64,000 nucleotides of DNA. Source: Eukaryota sp. GEM-RC1. Taxonomy: Eukaryota. The stretch lies in the NCBI GenBank assembly GCA_040285855.1, contig JAUFOQ010000003.1:248001-312000 (forward strand), in the 5' to 3' direction. This document shows, one piece after another, positions 15,001 through 29,646 of this stretch (position 1 is the stretch's first letter; every line of letters begins with the position of its first letter). A program made the position numbers and the translations under genes. The notes under the pieces are model-generated. The model made no database searches, was not told where the DNA came from, and saw only the letters and a program-made list of their open reading frames with translations.

Positions 15001-18000
15001 CTAAAATCAACACTGGAAATGAACTGTAGTCGAGCGTCTGGCAACACATTCCAAGTATTTACTCCAGATACAGTAATTTCACCAAATCCACCCAATGTAC
15101 CTAAAGTATGGATGTTCATAATTGCACCGTTATGGAAACCACGAGTGTCGGCATGAACAGAGTAAAGCATATCATAGACATCGGTTTTCTTAACTTCTAT
15201 TGAACCACCAAACCAGTAAAGATCAGCTAATTGAAGATGATCATCTCCATATAAACCTGATAGATTCCAACGCCGTGATTGAGGACTGTTGTAAACAGTA
15301 TATTCTATTTGATGATGACAAGTGAATGTAGTGGGATTACCTTCAGGGATAGCCATATTGAAAAAGTCCATGGTAACGTTGTGACCAGTGTTCAATTCAA
15401 GGTAGCCATAGTCAATCACAAAACCTTCAGTAGACCATGGATATTTGAAATTCAAAAGTCGAACACCACCATTCCCTTCAATTACAACGACTGGAACATG
15501 GAAAGCATAATCATGGTAGACAAGTTCAAAAGACCACCATCGATAACAATATCGGTAACGTTAAGTTCATAAACAAACTGATCCATATGAAGCCGTCCAC
15601 ATCTCATTAGTTTGATTGATTCCATTACGAAAGGATCGACTCCAGGAACATGGTAATACATGGTTGGACTGAAGAATGAAACACGGGAGTTTGAAAGTTC
15701 AAGATGGGTAATAGGAACTCTGGCTGGTGATTGGAAGTCAAGGCGACCAAAAGTCTGAACGTGATAACTCAAGAGATCAAAAATTCCTGAAAAGTCAACC
15801 CATGATTGATCAGAACGAAACTCAATTCGGCATGTAGGACAACTGATTGCTGAAACATCAGTGAATATATGCTTGGTGCGTGAGTTGAAAGGCATATTGG
15901 AATCAAACGCCAATAAGCAATCAGAACAAAGTGTTATATTCGTTTCGATAAGCCCACCACCTCTGCCTAAAGCCAGCTCAAAATCATTAACATTATTGAC
16001 GGTATTTGGTGGCAGTTTAATTCTCCAATCCATGAGCCTCCTCTCTAACGCCGAAGCAAACATCATGAAATCTTCATTGATAAATTGAGGTAATCGAATA
16101 CCTGATGTCTCAGTAGTTAAGAAGTGAAAGTCTCCAAAAACTTGAGAAACAGTTTGTAGCCGAAGAATTCCAGCATTGATACCAACAACTTCCCCATTAT
16201 CCACTTGAATTACAGCATAATCAGAGGAAATTACTTCAGCTGCATTAATAGTTTTCCTAGCTGAGGAAGACAAGTTCAAGTATGTAAGAGCATTGGTTAT
16301 TCCCAAGGTTCCAAAAGTACCTGCAATGAAGTCAACCCCATCACGAACTAAGGTCAGATCCTTACCATTTCTTCTTGCATTTGAGTGATCTAAAACAAGA
16401 TAATCAGTGTTAACTACTTGATCAGTACGTAAGGTCAGAGTTCCAGAGTAGATACCAATGTCGTGGAGTTGAGGAGGAGCATAGTGGAAGCGGTGAAGAT
16501 CCACTATAGAGCCTGATCTGATATCAAAAGAAGGAACCAGATAATTGGTATGTAGATCTTCGAACAGGAAATTTGCTCCATGGGGCTCAAATGAAGCTGT
16601 TTCAAAAACAACAAGGTCTCTGAAGTTAGCAAATCCACCAGTACCACGCAAGTTATTCGTAATATTGAAAGTAATACCTTTCTTGATTTCAGTCCTTGAA
16701 GGATGATTGACTAAGAATAAAGGAACATTACCATGAGTATAATCAACAATAGTTAACGTACCAGTGACTTCAATCTTTTCAACAACAGATAGAGTGTTAA
16801 CACTAAGAAACTTAGCATCGGCAGGATTAAGAACTTCAATAAACTGAGTTGACAGGTCTTCACTTAAACTTCTAAAGGTGGCAGAACCTCCGGTCAATCG
16901 AATTCCTTCAGTGACATTATAGATATCTCCAACGACGTCAAATAACAGTGAACCACCAGTTTGCACGATTCGTTGGCTAACAGAAACTTTAGAAGTTATA
17001 TCTCTAAATGTTAAAGATCCAGTCTGCATATCTAAGTCTTTGTGGAGAATGAAAGAATTTTTAACATTTTGAAATGTTGTTGTCTGTGACGAAAATGCTT
17101 GAAGCTGAGTAATTGTCCCTAAAACAACCAAAGAATTGTCAATGGTATTAACAACTGTGGTACAGTTCTGACGGAAGAACAAATCTTGATCAATGACAAA
17201 GTCTAGACCAATATTTAGAACATTAAATCCACCACTGATATCAACGTCACCCAAACTCCAAAGACTAAGACCAACATCTTCTATTCTAAGTCTATGAGGG
17301 TTTCTGACAAGAAGACCATCCTGGAATATCAACCATTGTAAGAGATTTTTCAAATAAACATTTCCTCCATCTAATTCCATCTTCTTCACAAAAGTCATGT
17401 TCTGTGTCACAGTATCAATGGTAAAATCTCCAGCAGTCACTTTAAATGAATCGATGGTGAAATAGTTGGATACGTTATCAATGAGTACCTTTCCCAAAGA
17501 CTGGTAGATATTGTCAATAATGAAGAACTGTGGCACATGAGAAATGTGTAGAAAACCATCAACCACTCGAACATTCTTCAAGTCAAATATGGCTTTACGT
17601 TCCTTTCCTTCTTCAAAAACAAGTGTTCCGTTATTAAGAGTAATGGTATCTAGTTCAATATCAGCAGAACGTTTAAAAACAAACTCTCCCATATTATGAA
17701 TAAGATCAAGAGTGAGGTTATATCTTCCATAAAAGAAGATTCTACTTCCCCAACTAATTGCACGGAGAGTACCCCCGAGTCCATTCCAAACACTGTTTTC
17801 CCAAGCATTAAGAGTGGTACTACCAACATCAAAGTACGTGCCAGGATTTAGTTGGACTTCGCCACGAACAGAAGCGACAACTTGTTGAATAAATCTCGAA
17901 TTTTGGGACTCAAAATATCCAGTGATAAATTGGTTAAAAAGCAATTGATTTGTCAGAATTAAAGTACCCTCATGTTTTACGAAAGATCCATGGTTATTAT

Positions 18001-21000
18001 AGGTAGCACTGCTGGAGTGGTCAAGAGTTTGATAAACAAAGTTTGATAAAGAATTACAAACATTACTACCACACTGAGCTCCATGTTGGAAATAACCAAA
18101 ATTATTTAAAACTGTCTGACGATAGAACCAAAACAGAAAATGGTCGACAATATAAAAAGATCCTCGGTTATTAATCACTGATCTAAATAAAACATTTTTG
18201 TTCAAGTCAGAGGTTAACTTAGAACTACCTAATAATTCTAAGGTCAAAGTGTGACCAAGGTGATCAAGACTACCAAGGCGACCATTAGTCCACTCAAAAT
18301 CATTGTTAATAGCAACAGTATCGGTGCCCTGAATGATGGCAGACGAAAGAAGTAACGAATCAAAAGAGATTGAAGTAGAAGAGAGACAAGAAATGTGAGC
18401 ATTTTGGATCGTTGATTGATTGAGAGAAATGGAGTAAGAAGAATCAAAATTATGGAAGGTTGCATGACCACCATCAATTAGATTGAATCGATCAAAAGAG
18501 ACTGAATGTCGGTAGTCATTAAAAACTGTGGTACAGTGACGTGTACATTTCCAATCATGACGTCCTACTTGAATTAGGTGACTTTGAGGACTAAAATAGA
18601 TGAAGCCAGCATCAAAATCAGTAGAGAACAGTTCTACAGCAGAGAAGACATAAAGCATAGCAAACTTCTCCACTGAGAAAGATCCATGAATTCTGTTGAC
18701 AGAACCTGGTCTTAACTCAAGTGGACCAGCGCCAACATACTCAGCAAACTTGTTCCTAGAAGCACCTAGAACAGTACTAGTCGAGTTAGACGTTTCAAAT
18801 AATCCTCTATTGTAACCACCAGCTCTTATATACAGAGAACCAGAGTTATGGAAGAACTGGCCAGTAGGTTTGATGAAAAATTCAAAGGTAGTAGTTAGTA
18901 AAGTGATGGCATACTTTTGGTAAGTACCTTCAACAATAAGACGGGGTCCATTACGGAAGGAAGTTGTAGAAGAAGAACCTGGGAAGTGTAGTGAAGTTCC
19001 ATATGATTCAAAGAGTGCAGTTTGTTCGATAACCAATTCAGCATTTGTTTGGCCTTGAATAGTACCTTCAGTCCATTCGGAATACACAATGAAAGAAAGC
19101 TTGGCATTGGAGGAAAGTACTTTTGTTCCAGTAGTATGTAGAAAGGAATACTGACTGAACAGGACGATATTAAGTGTACCTGAATTGAAGACAAACCAAT
19201 TTACATGAAGATTATCAGGTCCATTGATGTTGGATGAATCAAAGGTGAAGTTAGATACCAATAGATCGTGACCTGTATTAGACGTTAGAGTTGAAGAAGA
19301 AGAAAAGATCCAAAAAGGTGATTACAATACTGTTAGGATTACTTCTAAATGAAGTTGTCGAGCTCTGAGAGCGAAGTGTAAAAAATTCAAAATTGTCAAT
19401 CTCTTCGCTGATAAATGTTGCGCTGTTAGAAAGATCAAGTTCAGGGAAAAACACATTTGAAACTACATTCATTTCAAATCTACCTTGGGAGACATATACA
19501 GGGTTGTTAAAAACTACTGCAGCATTAAAGGAGTCAAAAGAAACAAATGATGAAGATCCGTGAACAGAAAAATTGAAAAAAGACAAATCTCGTTCCACAT
19601 TGACAATCTCTAAAGTCCCAGATACAATAAGTTCATCCATTTGCCAGAGAGTTCCTTTACTTTGAGTAAACACACATTTGCCTGGATGTAAAATCGTAAG
19701 CAGAGTAATGGTGAAGTCAGCATCAGGTTCGAAATAAACATCACCATAGTCAATATATACAAAAGTATTGATATCAAAAAGACCATGAAAATGAGTGACT
19801 GGTTTCAGTTGAGAGTTATGAGAATCAGAAAAACTTGAAGTGAAGTAAGCATTACCATTAAGAGATGCATCAGTTGTAAACTCATATTCGGCTTTATCTA
19901 AGATGTTGAAGTAAGAAAGACTTATAAAGTCCATGGATCCCTTGAAGTGGCATCCTCTCATTAAGGAAATAGAACTGTTGTCTACAGTTCCAGAACCAGA
20001 CCAATCCAGGAAAACATCAATAACCAAAATACAAGAAGAGAAGGTCACTGTAGTGTCAAATGCCACCACAGCATCGTGATCAGTAGAAGACAAGGATTGT
20101 AGAAGGGTTTGAAGGGAAGGATTATAAAGAAGATTAATTGCATCGTAAAGATAGACATCTGATGTAGAAGTGAAACTTAAAAGAGACTGTTGGCCAAAAG
20201 AAATAGAGCTGTCACTTAGAATGGCTGTAGACTCAATGGTTATAGATCCAAGGGAAAGGGTTTTAACTGTATGAGATGACACTTTGGTGGAAGAAGTTTG
20301 AGTGGCAGACATGTGAAGGTTATAGAAGTTACCACCGAACCATAAAAAGTTATCAGTGACGTAAACATGATCTTTTCCAGTAATTAAAGAACTTCCTAAA
20401 ACAGTAAAATTGTTAATAGTTGCATCAAAATTGGAGTTGAATTTCACAGTAGAGCCATTAACAGTCATAAAGTTTAAGAACAATGGTGTAAATAACGATT
20501 CAAAAGACAACTCACCTCCCATTAAGTTCATGCCAAGAATATTTAAATCTCCAGATAACTCTTCAAAGTTAAGAGATCCACCAGCGAGGGAAAGTATATC
20601 AATGTTAACATCATCACCGATAGTTTGCAGTAAAACATATCCATTCTGAATGTCGAATAACGGACTTTGAATGGTTTTAGTGACATTAATGAAGTTAATG
20701 AATCCACCAGTTACAGAGACTGTGGGAGAATGGACGTCACCAAGAATATTTGAAAACGTAGCCGAACCATCTTCAATAGAAATAAATGTACTTGACAAAT
20801 CTCCAGAAATACTTTTAATGTCAATTGAGCCGTGAAAAACACTCATATCTCTAATTGTTAAATCACCATCTATATGGTCAACTGCAATAGACCCACTGTT
20901 TAGTTGCAGGGAATCAATATCTACAGCGTGAATAGTTCCTATAGTGAGAGAACCGTTGCTAATCTCTGCAGTTCCAATCGACAATGTACAGCTAATAACT

Positions 21001-24000
21001 GTATCAAAAACAACAGTACCCTCAACAATCAAATGTGATAGTTCAAACGAACCAGAATCAGGACAAGTAGAGAACTTAATACTGCCTCCTCCAGTTATAA
21101 TTAAAGAAGAAATGTTAAACACAGCCTCATTCTGAAAGTGAAGATGTCCAGATCCTAAAACAATGGCAGGATTCATCAAGAATAAACCATTGAAAAGGAC
21201 AGAAGAACCATCGTAAATGAAAAGCTTAGCATCAATGTTACCATCAATACCCTCAAGAACTGCTGATTCAGGGAAGATGTATTCCCCGAAGGATAATGTC
21301 AGTGAGCAGTTTGAACAAAGAGAAAGTACTGAGTCAAAACGTCCACTGCCTCGGCAAATGAATGAAGAACTATTGGTCACAATCCAATGAGAATTGGTAA
21401 GGATTTTCCAAGATATTTCAAAGTTGGAATTGACAATAGTGGTAGCGTTGGGAGCAAAGATCTCAAGAGAAGGCATGGAAGTAACTCCTGTAGCAACGGT
21501 CCATAAAGACGACTGTTTGAAAATGATTCTAGATTGTTCCATTACAATGAATCTAGCACCAGAGTAACCAGTAAAAGGAGAAGATGAATCTAAGATAAAT
21601 GTACCATGAAGTTCAATAACACTATCAGCTTGGAGTTCCTTAGTTCCAGATCCAACAAAAGACAAGGAGGCTTCTTCGTCAACGATAAAATCACAGTTAA
21701 TTGTAGAGACAGACGCTTCATCGAACAGAACCGCTGAGGTAATAATCATGTCCATGTTCTGAATAACAAGAGATCCTGAATCAACATTAAGTTCAGGAAT
21801 AACAGTATGTGAGTTGAGTACGTTTAGCAAGGAAGAAGAAGCAAGAGATACGGACGGAACAAAGAACAAAGAATCAAAAGAAATGACATTTGTAACAAAC
21901 AATTCAGTTGAAGAAAGAGAAATAGTGGAAATGTTAGTTGAAGAAAGATCTACCAGTTGGATAGTACTATCTGAACCATAAAGGAACTTCCACTCGTTAT
22001 TTTGGTGAATACTATAGGAATTTTGAACAAAAACTTCTCCACCAGTGGAATTAATAGAATCTACTTCTAATTCAGTAGAATCCAAGAAGTGAATAAAACC
22101 ACCATGATGGAGATAACTTGGGTTAATGTTATAAGCTCCAGAATACACCACTTTTGAGGTATCAGTGGTAACCAGCGATGCACTAAGAGTGGACAGAACA
22201 GAGTCCGACTCAAAGGTAAACAACACAAAGTCTGTACAATTGGTTATTCCATGGGAGTCAAAGCAGCGACCATCAAACATCAGAATCTGATTGTTCAAAT
22301 CAAATAAGGCCTTGTCAAAAGCAGCACCTCCCTTAAAGATTGTAGTATCAGCTAAGGACTGTAGAGACAAAGATCCTTCCCAAAAGACCTCAAAGGAGGA
22401 TAAGTCATGGAGAATGACATCACTACCATCAAGAGAAATAACTTTGGAAGTGGAAGATGTAGGTCGTTGGACAAAAGTAATAGATCCAAATATTTCTAGA
22501 TGTGAGGTGGATAACAGTTCTAAAACAGCGCCTCCTCCAAAGAGAAGTTCGTTGGTGGAAGAAAGAATTTGAGAGGTAGCACTGACTGTCACCGTTGCAG
22601 AATTGGTAAATAATTTAGTGAAATTGGAAGAAATTTCAAAATTTGCAGAAAAGTGTGTTTTTCCTTCCGAAAATGAACCTCCAACAAAGCGCGAATCTTG
22701 CACCACAACTAAGGAATCTGTACCAGTCCTAACAGATGTGTCAAACATGTGAAGAAAATTTAAAATTGTGACAGTGTGTCCAGAATTCAGACTTAACACA
22801 GCTCCATCTGACAAAATAACACTGGAAAGAGAGAAATCAAAATCAGTATTTGTAATATACAACTTTCCGGTAATATCAACTTCTGGAATACTGAGTGATT
22901 GTTTAATGTTTCTCAGAGACCACGTAGATCTTGAATCAATTGAGACTGACGATGTGACAGATAGGGAATCCAGTTCAATATTGTGGACTTCAACAGAACA
23001 AGGGCTTGCATCATCAATGGAAAGTAAATCCAACTCAGAAAAAGAACTGACAAGTACCGAGGAAAAAGTGACCTTTCCTTTGTGTACAGTGAATTTAGTA
23101 GAAGAGAAAGAATCGACATTGGAAAAAGTAGATTGAGAATAACAAGTAAACGACTGAACGAAAGTACTAACAGATAATGTGGGAATTGTGTTCAATGACA
23201 ATAGACCATTTGTAGTTAACGATCCTATTGACAATTCAGAGAACATAATGGCAGAGAAGTTCAAAGATGTATACATATCAGTGATTGTTACTTTGTTGGA
23301 AACATCTTCAAATAAAGCCACACCAGTATTGTTGTAGAAGTTGATAGACATTTCCCCTTGAACAACAGAGATCGTAGTGGTATTCAAGGTGGTGAGTGAC
23401 AGACTTGAAAAGTCATTACCAACAGAATGAACAACCAAAGGTCCCGTAGAAATAAGTTCAGAAACACTGAAATCACCACTAATAAAGTCAAAGAATGAAT
23501 CGTTTAACATTGCGTAAGAGCTAGAGAAAGATCCATTGATACTAATCATATTCACTTCTCCAATTGAGTGGATATAAGGAATGGTTAAAGAAGAATGTAA
23601 GAGATTCAGAGTGAAAACACCTTCAACAATTAAATTGTCCAGAGTAAACTTGGAGAGATCGGTTAGTGAACACTTAGATTGACCTGCAACTATTAAATTG
23701 GTAATGCCTAAAAGGTTTGATATTTCATCAATAGTTGTGGTTGAGGTTCCATTAATCAAAAACTGATTAACAGAAAGAGTAGAAGTATTTTTAACATCGA
23801 AACGGGTGTTGTCATCAAATGAGACATCAACTAGATCCAAGGAAAAAACGTTGGCAAATTCCAATCTAGAGCTGCCTGTTGACGTGATTGAAGGAAAGCG
23901 CAAAGATGAAGGACAATCAAAGATTTGAAGCCTTGCAGAAGAGGAAAGACTGATCAATGGGATGATTATTTGATTATTGTGATTGAGAATTCTGAATATA

Positions 24001-26268
24001 CCAGAAATTCCATAAAACTCAACTATTTCAATACTTCCAACAATATTCAACACGTTTACTGATCCCCTTATAATTGCCTTATCAATAGTTAGTGTAGGGC
24101 CAGTAGAGTTTAACAACAACGTTCTACCAATGTTAGAGAGTTCCTTGATGTGTAAAGGAGGAGTAAAACCAGAGAAAACACCGTCAACAGAAGAAAAAGT
24201 CACGTAATCAAGTACCAAAGAAGATAGACCAAATTTACAATTTAAAATAGAGAATGTGCCAGAAACAGCCTCAACTGACAACAAATTGTCAATAAAGGCG
24301 TCAGAAAAGAAAAAGAGAACCTGTAAGCTTGGAAATTCTAGGAGATGCATAATACATTCCCTTAAAATTAATTCTACCATTGTGACCAGGGTTGAGCAGT
24401 CCGTCACCTTTAAAGACAGAGAGTGGAACAAAGGTAATTTCGTTATTGATTGTAGAGACAGTAGACGTATTGGAAACATCAAAAGTTCCATTCACAAAAG
24501 AATGAAGAGTGGTTTGAATTAGAAAGTTTGAAGTTTTTTTAAGGGTATAATTGGAATTTTGAACATAATCACCTACAATCTTGGGTAACAGTGTGAGCTG
24601 AGAGTCAATCAAGGTTAGATTTCCCCCAAAAGAAATGGTTGCATAATGATGAGCACTAATTAAGTGAATATTTCCATCTGAGAATGACGAGTGGGAGGTA
24701 ACATAACTCTCAGAAGTATCCATAAAATCTACACGTAGATGGGGAATAAGGAAGTAGACAGCATCAAGTGCAGACAGTTCAGCGTACAACTGGATAATGA
24801 TATTAGATCTGGTATTTAAAACTCCAGATATATAGATATGACCAGAAACAGTTAAAGTCTTGTGTTGATCAAGTATAGCTGAGCATTGTCTCTCATTAGG
24901 TGAACCAGTATGACGAGGTCTGTACTTTTCTGAAGTATGATAAACGTGTAATTGGGCAGGAGGATGGTCATTAAAGTTATTAGCACTTATCTGTAGATTG
25001 TTTTGCAGAAGACCATTGTACCAATGCATACTTCGACGGACGTAGACTGTATCTTGACCAGTAATCCTAGGAAATATGTGGCAAGTATCACCATTTCCAA
25101 AGTCAACTCTATCGATTTCAACAGGGATTCCTGAGTTGATGACCAATTCGGCTCGGTTAACTACCTTAAGATGAGACATTTCCACTCTTCCTACACTCTG
25201 TTCAAAGGTAAACTTCGCATTACCAGAGAGTAGTATTTGGACATCCCATTGTTGACCAGTTGGAGTCCAAGAGGCACCAGATTTTACGGTAAAAGTACCA
25301 TGGGCAACATTGACAATAAAACCATATAATCTTAATCTACAGCCAGAATCCCAGATAACTCTAGAACTATCTGAAGCTGAGGTAGTGTAGAAGAAGTTAA
25401 CAATGGACCGATCAAGAAAGTGCAGTAGGGCGTTTTCCGAGATATTAGCGCTACCAATAAGACGATAGGCACCACCAACAAGAGCTGTAACACCACTAGA
25501 CACAGAGATGTCACCAGTACCAAAGACGTCACTTCCACGAGCAAAGAAGGTATAGCTATTAAGCACAATAGAACCATTAATGTGATACCTTCCCATTAGT
25601 TCATCGGGAGAGTTCAAGATGAGAGATCCATTAGAGATAGAGACAGATTGATAGTTGGAGAAGGGAACATCGATTTGAAGAGAAGAGTTGGATGAAGGCA
25701 AGATGAGATTTCGTTGGTTGATGAATCGAGGTTGTTCATTGTCTGAGGAGTGCCAGTCAGAAGTATAGGTTAAGACACTGTGTGTTTCAACAGTAAAGTT
25801 GCCACTATTCATGAGAATTCCGGAAGATTGGAAGTAAACGTGGATAGGACCATCAGTGAGAGACATGTTACCCCTGTTGTTGACTTGAACACGAATGACC
25901 TTGGGTTGAGGCGAGGAGAGCACAATAGAGTTGTAGACTTGGATGAAACCTAGTCCTGACACTTCTCCTGAGACAAAGTTCCAAGAATTCGCACTAAGGA
26001 AGGCGCCGGGAGCAAGAATTAGGTTGAAAGAACAATTACTGGATCCAAGTATAACATGATCGACGATGTCCGGAACAAGAATACGCGGAAGGATAACTTG
26101 ATCGTATACATCACAGTTGTCGAGATAGATGTCGGAGTTGTCAGTAGGGACGCCATTCGTCCAGCAAGAAGGATTGTCCCACATTCCATCGCAACTCTCG
26201 CCTGCAAAAAATCGAGAGCAGTTCACACAGCTCAATATGAGCAACAGCAGCAAGAAGTAGATCTTCAT
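1..26268 (-). CDS. Giant secreted/surface beta-helix (beta-solenoid) repeat protein, about 8,750 aa within the window, C-terminus beyond the window edge; 7 single-base frame breaks
   Basis: ATG at 26268 begins a signal peptide (MKIYFLLLLLILSCVNCS), followed by WDNPSCWTNGVP..D. ORFs 24301-26364, 19278-24491, 15482-19261, 13200-15455, 8006-13225, 7170-8051 and 5213-7288 join by +1/-1 shifts at 24310-14, 19303-06, 15528-31, 13206-08, 8112-15, 7180-81 and 5374-77. The last frame was stop-free in the stretches I translated, and the ORF track reports no stop for it, so it appears open to base 1. The same repeat motif (G-x-D...F-x-W-x-x-G) recurs in all segments. Confidence 0.88.
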
Positions 26269-26711
26269 GGTGCTAATCCGAAAAAAATGATTTGTATTTG
26301 ATTTTCCTACTACTAGTAGTAGCCTTATTTTGTGAATTTTGTGATCCTGTTTCTTGCCGGACATGTTTTTGGCCGCTACCAGCTACTATATATACAAAAT
26401 TCCTTGTCTCATTATCAAACATATGATTGGTCGATATCAATTAGGTATTCTCTTTCTTCTTTCTCTAGATTAACAGCTTCATATCACGTTGAATATACGG
26501 ATCGGTTCTTATACTTTTGCATATTGATTCACTTAAATCCTACCTTCTTATAGACATCGCTATAATATTGATTATGTGGTCGACTTGGAATTAGTAGAAC
26601 CAGTACAACTTGGACAGGAAAGGGTTCACAATACAGACTCCAATTGACTTAAACACTGTAAACATTCGGAACCAAATTGATACCAAAAAAACTCATTTAT
26701 TACAGTTATAT

Positions 26712-28027
26712 CTACAAAGATTGAAGTAAAACACTTCGAGTTGACTGGTTCACATGAGGATTATAACCATACGAACTCAATTCATCTGTATCATTCACAG
26801 AGACATTCTCAAACTGAAGATGTGGATGAAGTATCGAAAGAGCATTAATCCAGTCCAGTAACAAAGTCTCCCGGTGCACAGTGGACAACAACTGAATAAA
26901 CTCAACTAAAGCTCTGTTCACTCCCAATCTAACCCCATTTAAGAGAGCTGCAAACTGACGTAAAGGAAGATCAAACGGATGAGTAGAGAGAGGGTAGATA
27001 ATAAGGTTGTTGTAGGCTCTGAGCTCCGAGTAAAGATCAGAGAATGCTTGGAAATCACACTCACAGACTTGCAGTGAAGGAAAGGCGACAATCATGTCCT
27101 GCTTAGGTCCATCAGTGGCAAACTTCTCAAGTTTGAGTTCAATAATACTGGGAAATACTCCAGCTATGGATCTGATACTACCATAAATCTGCAGGGATCT
27201 AAGTCCTTCTAATCTTTGTAGATTGAATATATGACAGATGCAGAAATTGAGTGAAAGAACTTGTAAAGTACTCATTGAGGGTATCCAGTTGAGATCATCC
27301 AATGATAAGCAATCGAGATAGAGACTGGATAACATAAGTGGAGGAAATCCATCTTGTATCAGAGATTTAGTGAAGTCAGATTTACCCAGAGTAAGATGTT
27401 TCAGAGCATGAAGACTGTCAAAACCAGAAACATCTGCTAGTGAAGCAGAATTCAATGTTAGTGAACAAAGACTGCTACAGTTTGTGAGATTTAAACCAGT
27501 AATATTACAATTCTCCACAATTAGATGACAAAGACTGTTTGAGAATGATAGATGATGTTGAGAAACAGTAGTGTTCTTGAGTGAAAGATAATAGAGTAGA
27601 GGTAGATTCCATTGGGATTCAGCAATGTCTGATTCATCAGTAGATAGAACTTGCAGATAACGAAGTCGATCCAATTGATCAACTGAAGACTTCACAAGCT
27701 CTAGAGTTGAAATATTGTTGTCTTGGGTGTCACAGGACAGACGTCCTTTGTAAATCTGAGATGTTTCAGATGAGTCAAATTTAAAGAATAGAGAGTGGTT
27801 GTTGCCTCTGAAGATACAGTATGTATTTGTTCTGGATGGGGTTGAGCCAAGGCATACAGAATTAGAGAATTGAAGCGAAGACTGACGTTTGCAACACAAT
27901 CAACACTTTTGAGACAGCTCAAAACGTGGCTCAAAAGAGAATTCTGAAGCTGTATTGATGACGAACATGAGTATGATGTAACACAACACTGTCTAGTAAC
28001 AGATGATGATGCGTTTGATGACGACAT
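26712..28027 (-). CDS. Leucine-rich repeat protein with probable N-terminal F-box-like motif (one -1 frame break near 27725)
   Basis: ORF 27701-28027 (LLSHVLSCLKSVDCVANVSLRFNSLI, F-box-like) joins ORF 26712-27899, which carries LxxLxL repeats (LRYLQVL, LYYLSLK, LCSLTLN, LKHLTLG, LQVLSLN). Confidence 0.65.
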
Positions 28028-29037
28028 CGAGAAAGAAATTGAGATTGAAGGTCACACCCCGGCCCTTTCGTTTGAGAAAAATTCGTACCGTAGAAACTGC
28101 TATATTGACCACTAACCAATGATTGTTTCCAATTCAGACAGGGATAAGGAACATTTGATGCTCTGTTTCTCCAAAACAAGGCTGCCATCCATCATCATTT
28201 TACTTAAGTCCAACCGAGTTGGGTGTTTGAATAAGTACTTGGTCAAAAAAGGTCAATTGTTGTAATTAAATGAGAGCACATCAATTGTATAAGTACACGA
28301 TTCTTAAAGATCAGTAAAGTGCAAAATGTGCAAAATCAGCGATTAATCTATTTTGAAGTTAACAGACTACAGTACGAGAACGAAGAGACGTGATTACTCT
28401 CAAAGGATAATCTTAGTGATCAAAAGGGGCTAGCGGTCAATACAATTCAGCAGACAATGATCACGCAGGATACATCGATGATATCCGGGATTAATAAGAA
28501 TCAAAAATAAAACACCTATCGATACATATGAACTAAGTAGTCATGGAAAATTTTGCGAAAAACAATGCACCACTTGAATTACTTTTACACAGTAGATGAG
28601 CTCATGACATCAAATATCATAATGGTTTACGAGATTTAACTTATCAATTTAACATAACCATTTGTTTATTTGTTTTTCCGTTCTATGCCTAAGTTCTTTA
28701 AATCAATTATCACAAAGTTGTGTAAGAACTGTGGTACTGTTGACCCGGAATTTTCTGTGTCTAGTGTTTCATAGCTTTTATGATGATATGTATTTTTGTG
28801 CCCTTGATCGATAAACTATTTTTTCATAAGGGTTTATTCATTTTGAATACATTGATAATTGCAGAAAAGACTTATCGGTACATCTTTACTTTCTGATCCT
28901 CAATTGAAATTGTTTGCGAACTGCCATCGTAAGCTCCCAGTTGATTATCTGAGAACTACTGGTTTCAAAATTTCATTGTGACATACAAATTCTGTATTCA
29001 ATTTCCGCAAGATACAATTGTCTTTGAATCATGGTTT

Positions 29038-29312
29038 TCAATTTTTTCAAGGGTTTTGAAGAACTTTGGAAAGAAAAGAACTGTAAGATAGAATGGCTGA
29101 TTGAATATTGTGTTTTCAATAACCCGGAATATGCCCTTCTAATTCTGTCGATTAGAAGGAGAAATTGTACAAGTTTGACGTAAAGGTTAATGTTCAAAAA
29201 CGTCAACTTTACCGGATAGGGATGAAGTCGTTTGGATTTAGTCGTAGAATTATTGGTTTGTGTTTACAAATTTATAATTTTGTACGAAGATTACTTTTTG
29301 TTTAGCGAATAA
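29038..29312 (+). mobile_element. Degenerate 3' end of a CRE-type non-LTR retrotransposon
   Basis: Clear nucleotide similarity to 32233-32505 (shared tagaatggctga, cggaatatgcc, aaggttaatgtt, gatgaagtcgtttggattta, and ending in gaataa). Confidence 0.75.
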
Positions 29313-29646
29313 TGGTTGTGTCGTTAGCGTTCCAATTTTGCAGATACTTTGAAGACACATGAAAAATACATTCTTTAAGTATTCATTTGTTCCGGTTGAT
29401 GTTTTATTTTTGACCGTCAGGTTTAAAAGAATTTATGATTCTATTTTATTTTGTGACATTTCAATTTGAAATTGTAATGTGTATATTGGCCTTTTAATGA
29501 TAAATTATTTTTGTTCTTTATAGAAGCATTCCTTAGTACCTAAGTTTCATTTCTTCTAAGTTGTATAGGGATAACTGTCGAGCTGATGACGACAGGACAT
29601 GTGTACATGTATGAAGAATTCCGTCATTCAGAAAAGTTGTTCGATA

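Noticed and set aside
554..26301. Many short alternative-frame and antisense ORFs (60-120 aa) over the giant gene
   Set aside because: They are shadow ORFs from codon bias (Leu-rich off-frame or antisense reads) with no independent motifs.
5213..26364. Seven separate tandem genes, or tiny introns at the junctions of the giant gene
   Set aside because: Only the first ORF has a signal peptide, and repeat motifs continue across each break with a 1-nt correction. No GTAT..CTNA-N4-AG intron fits any junction.
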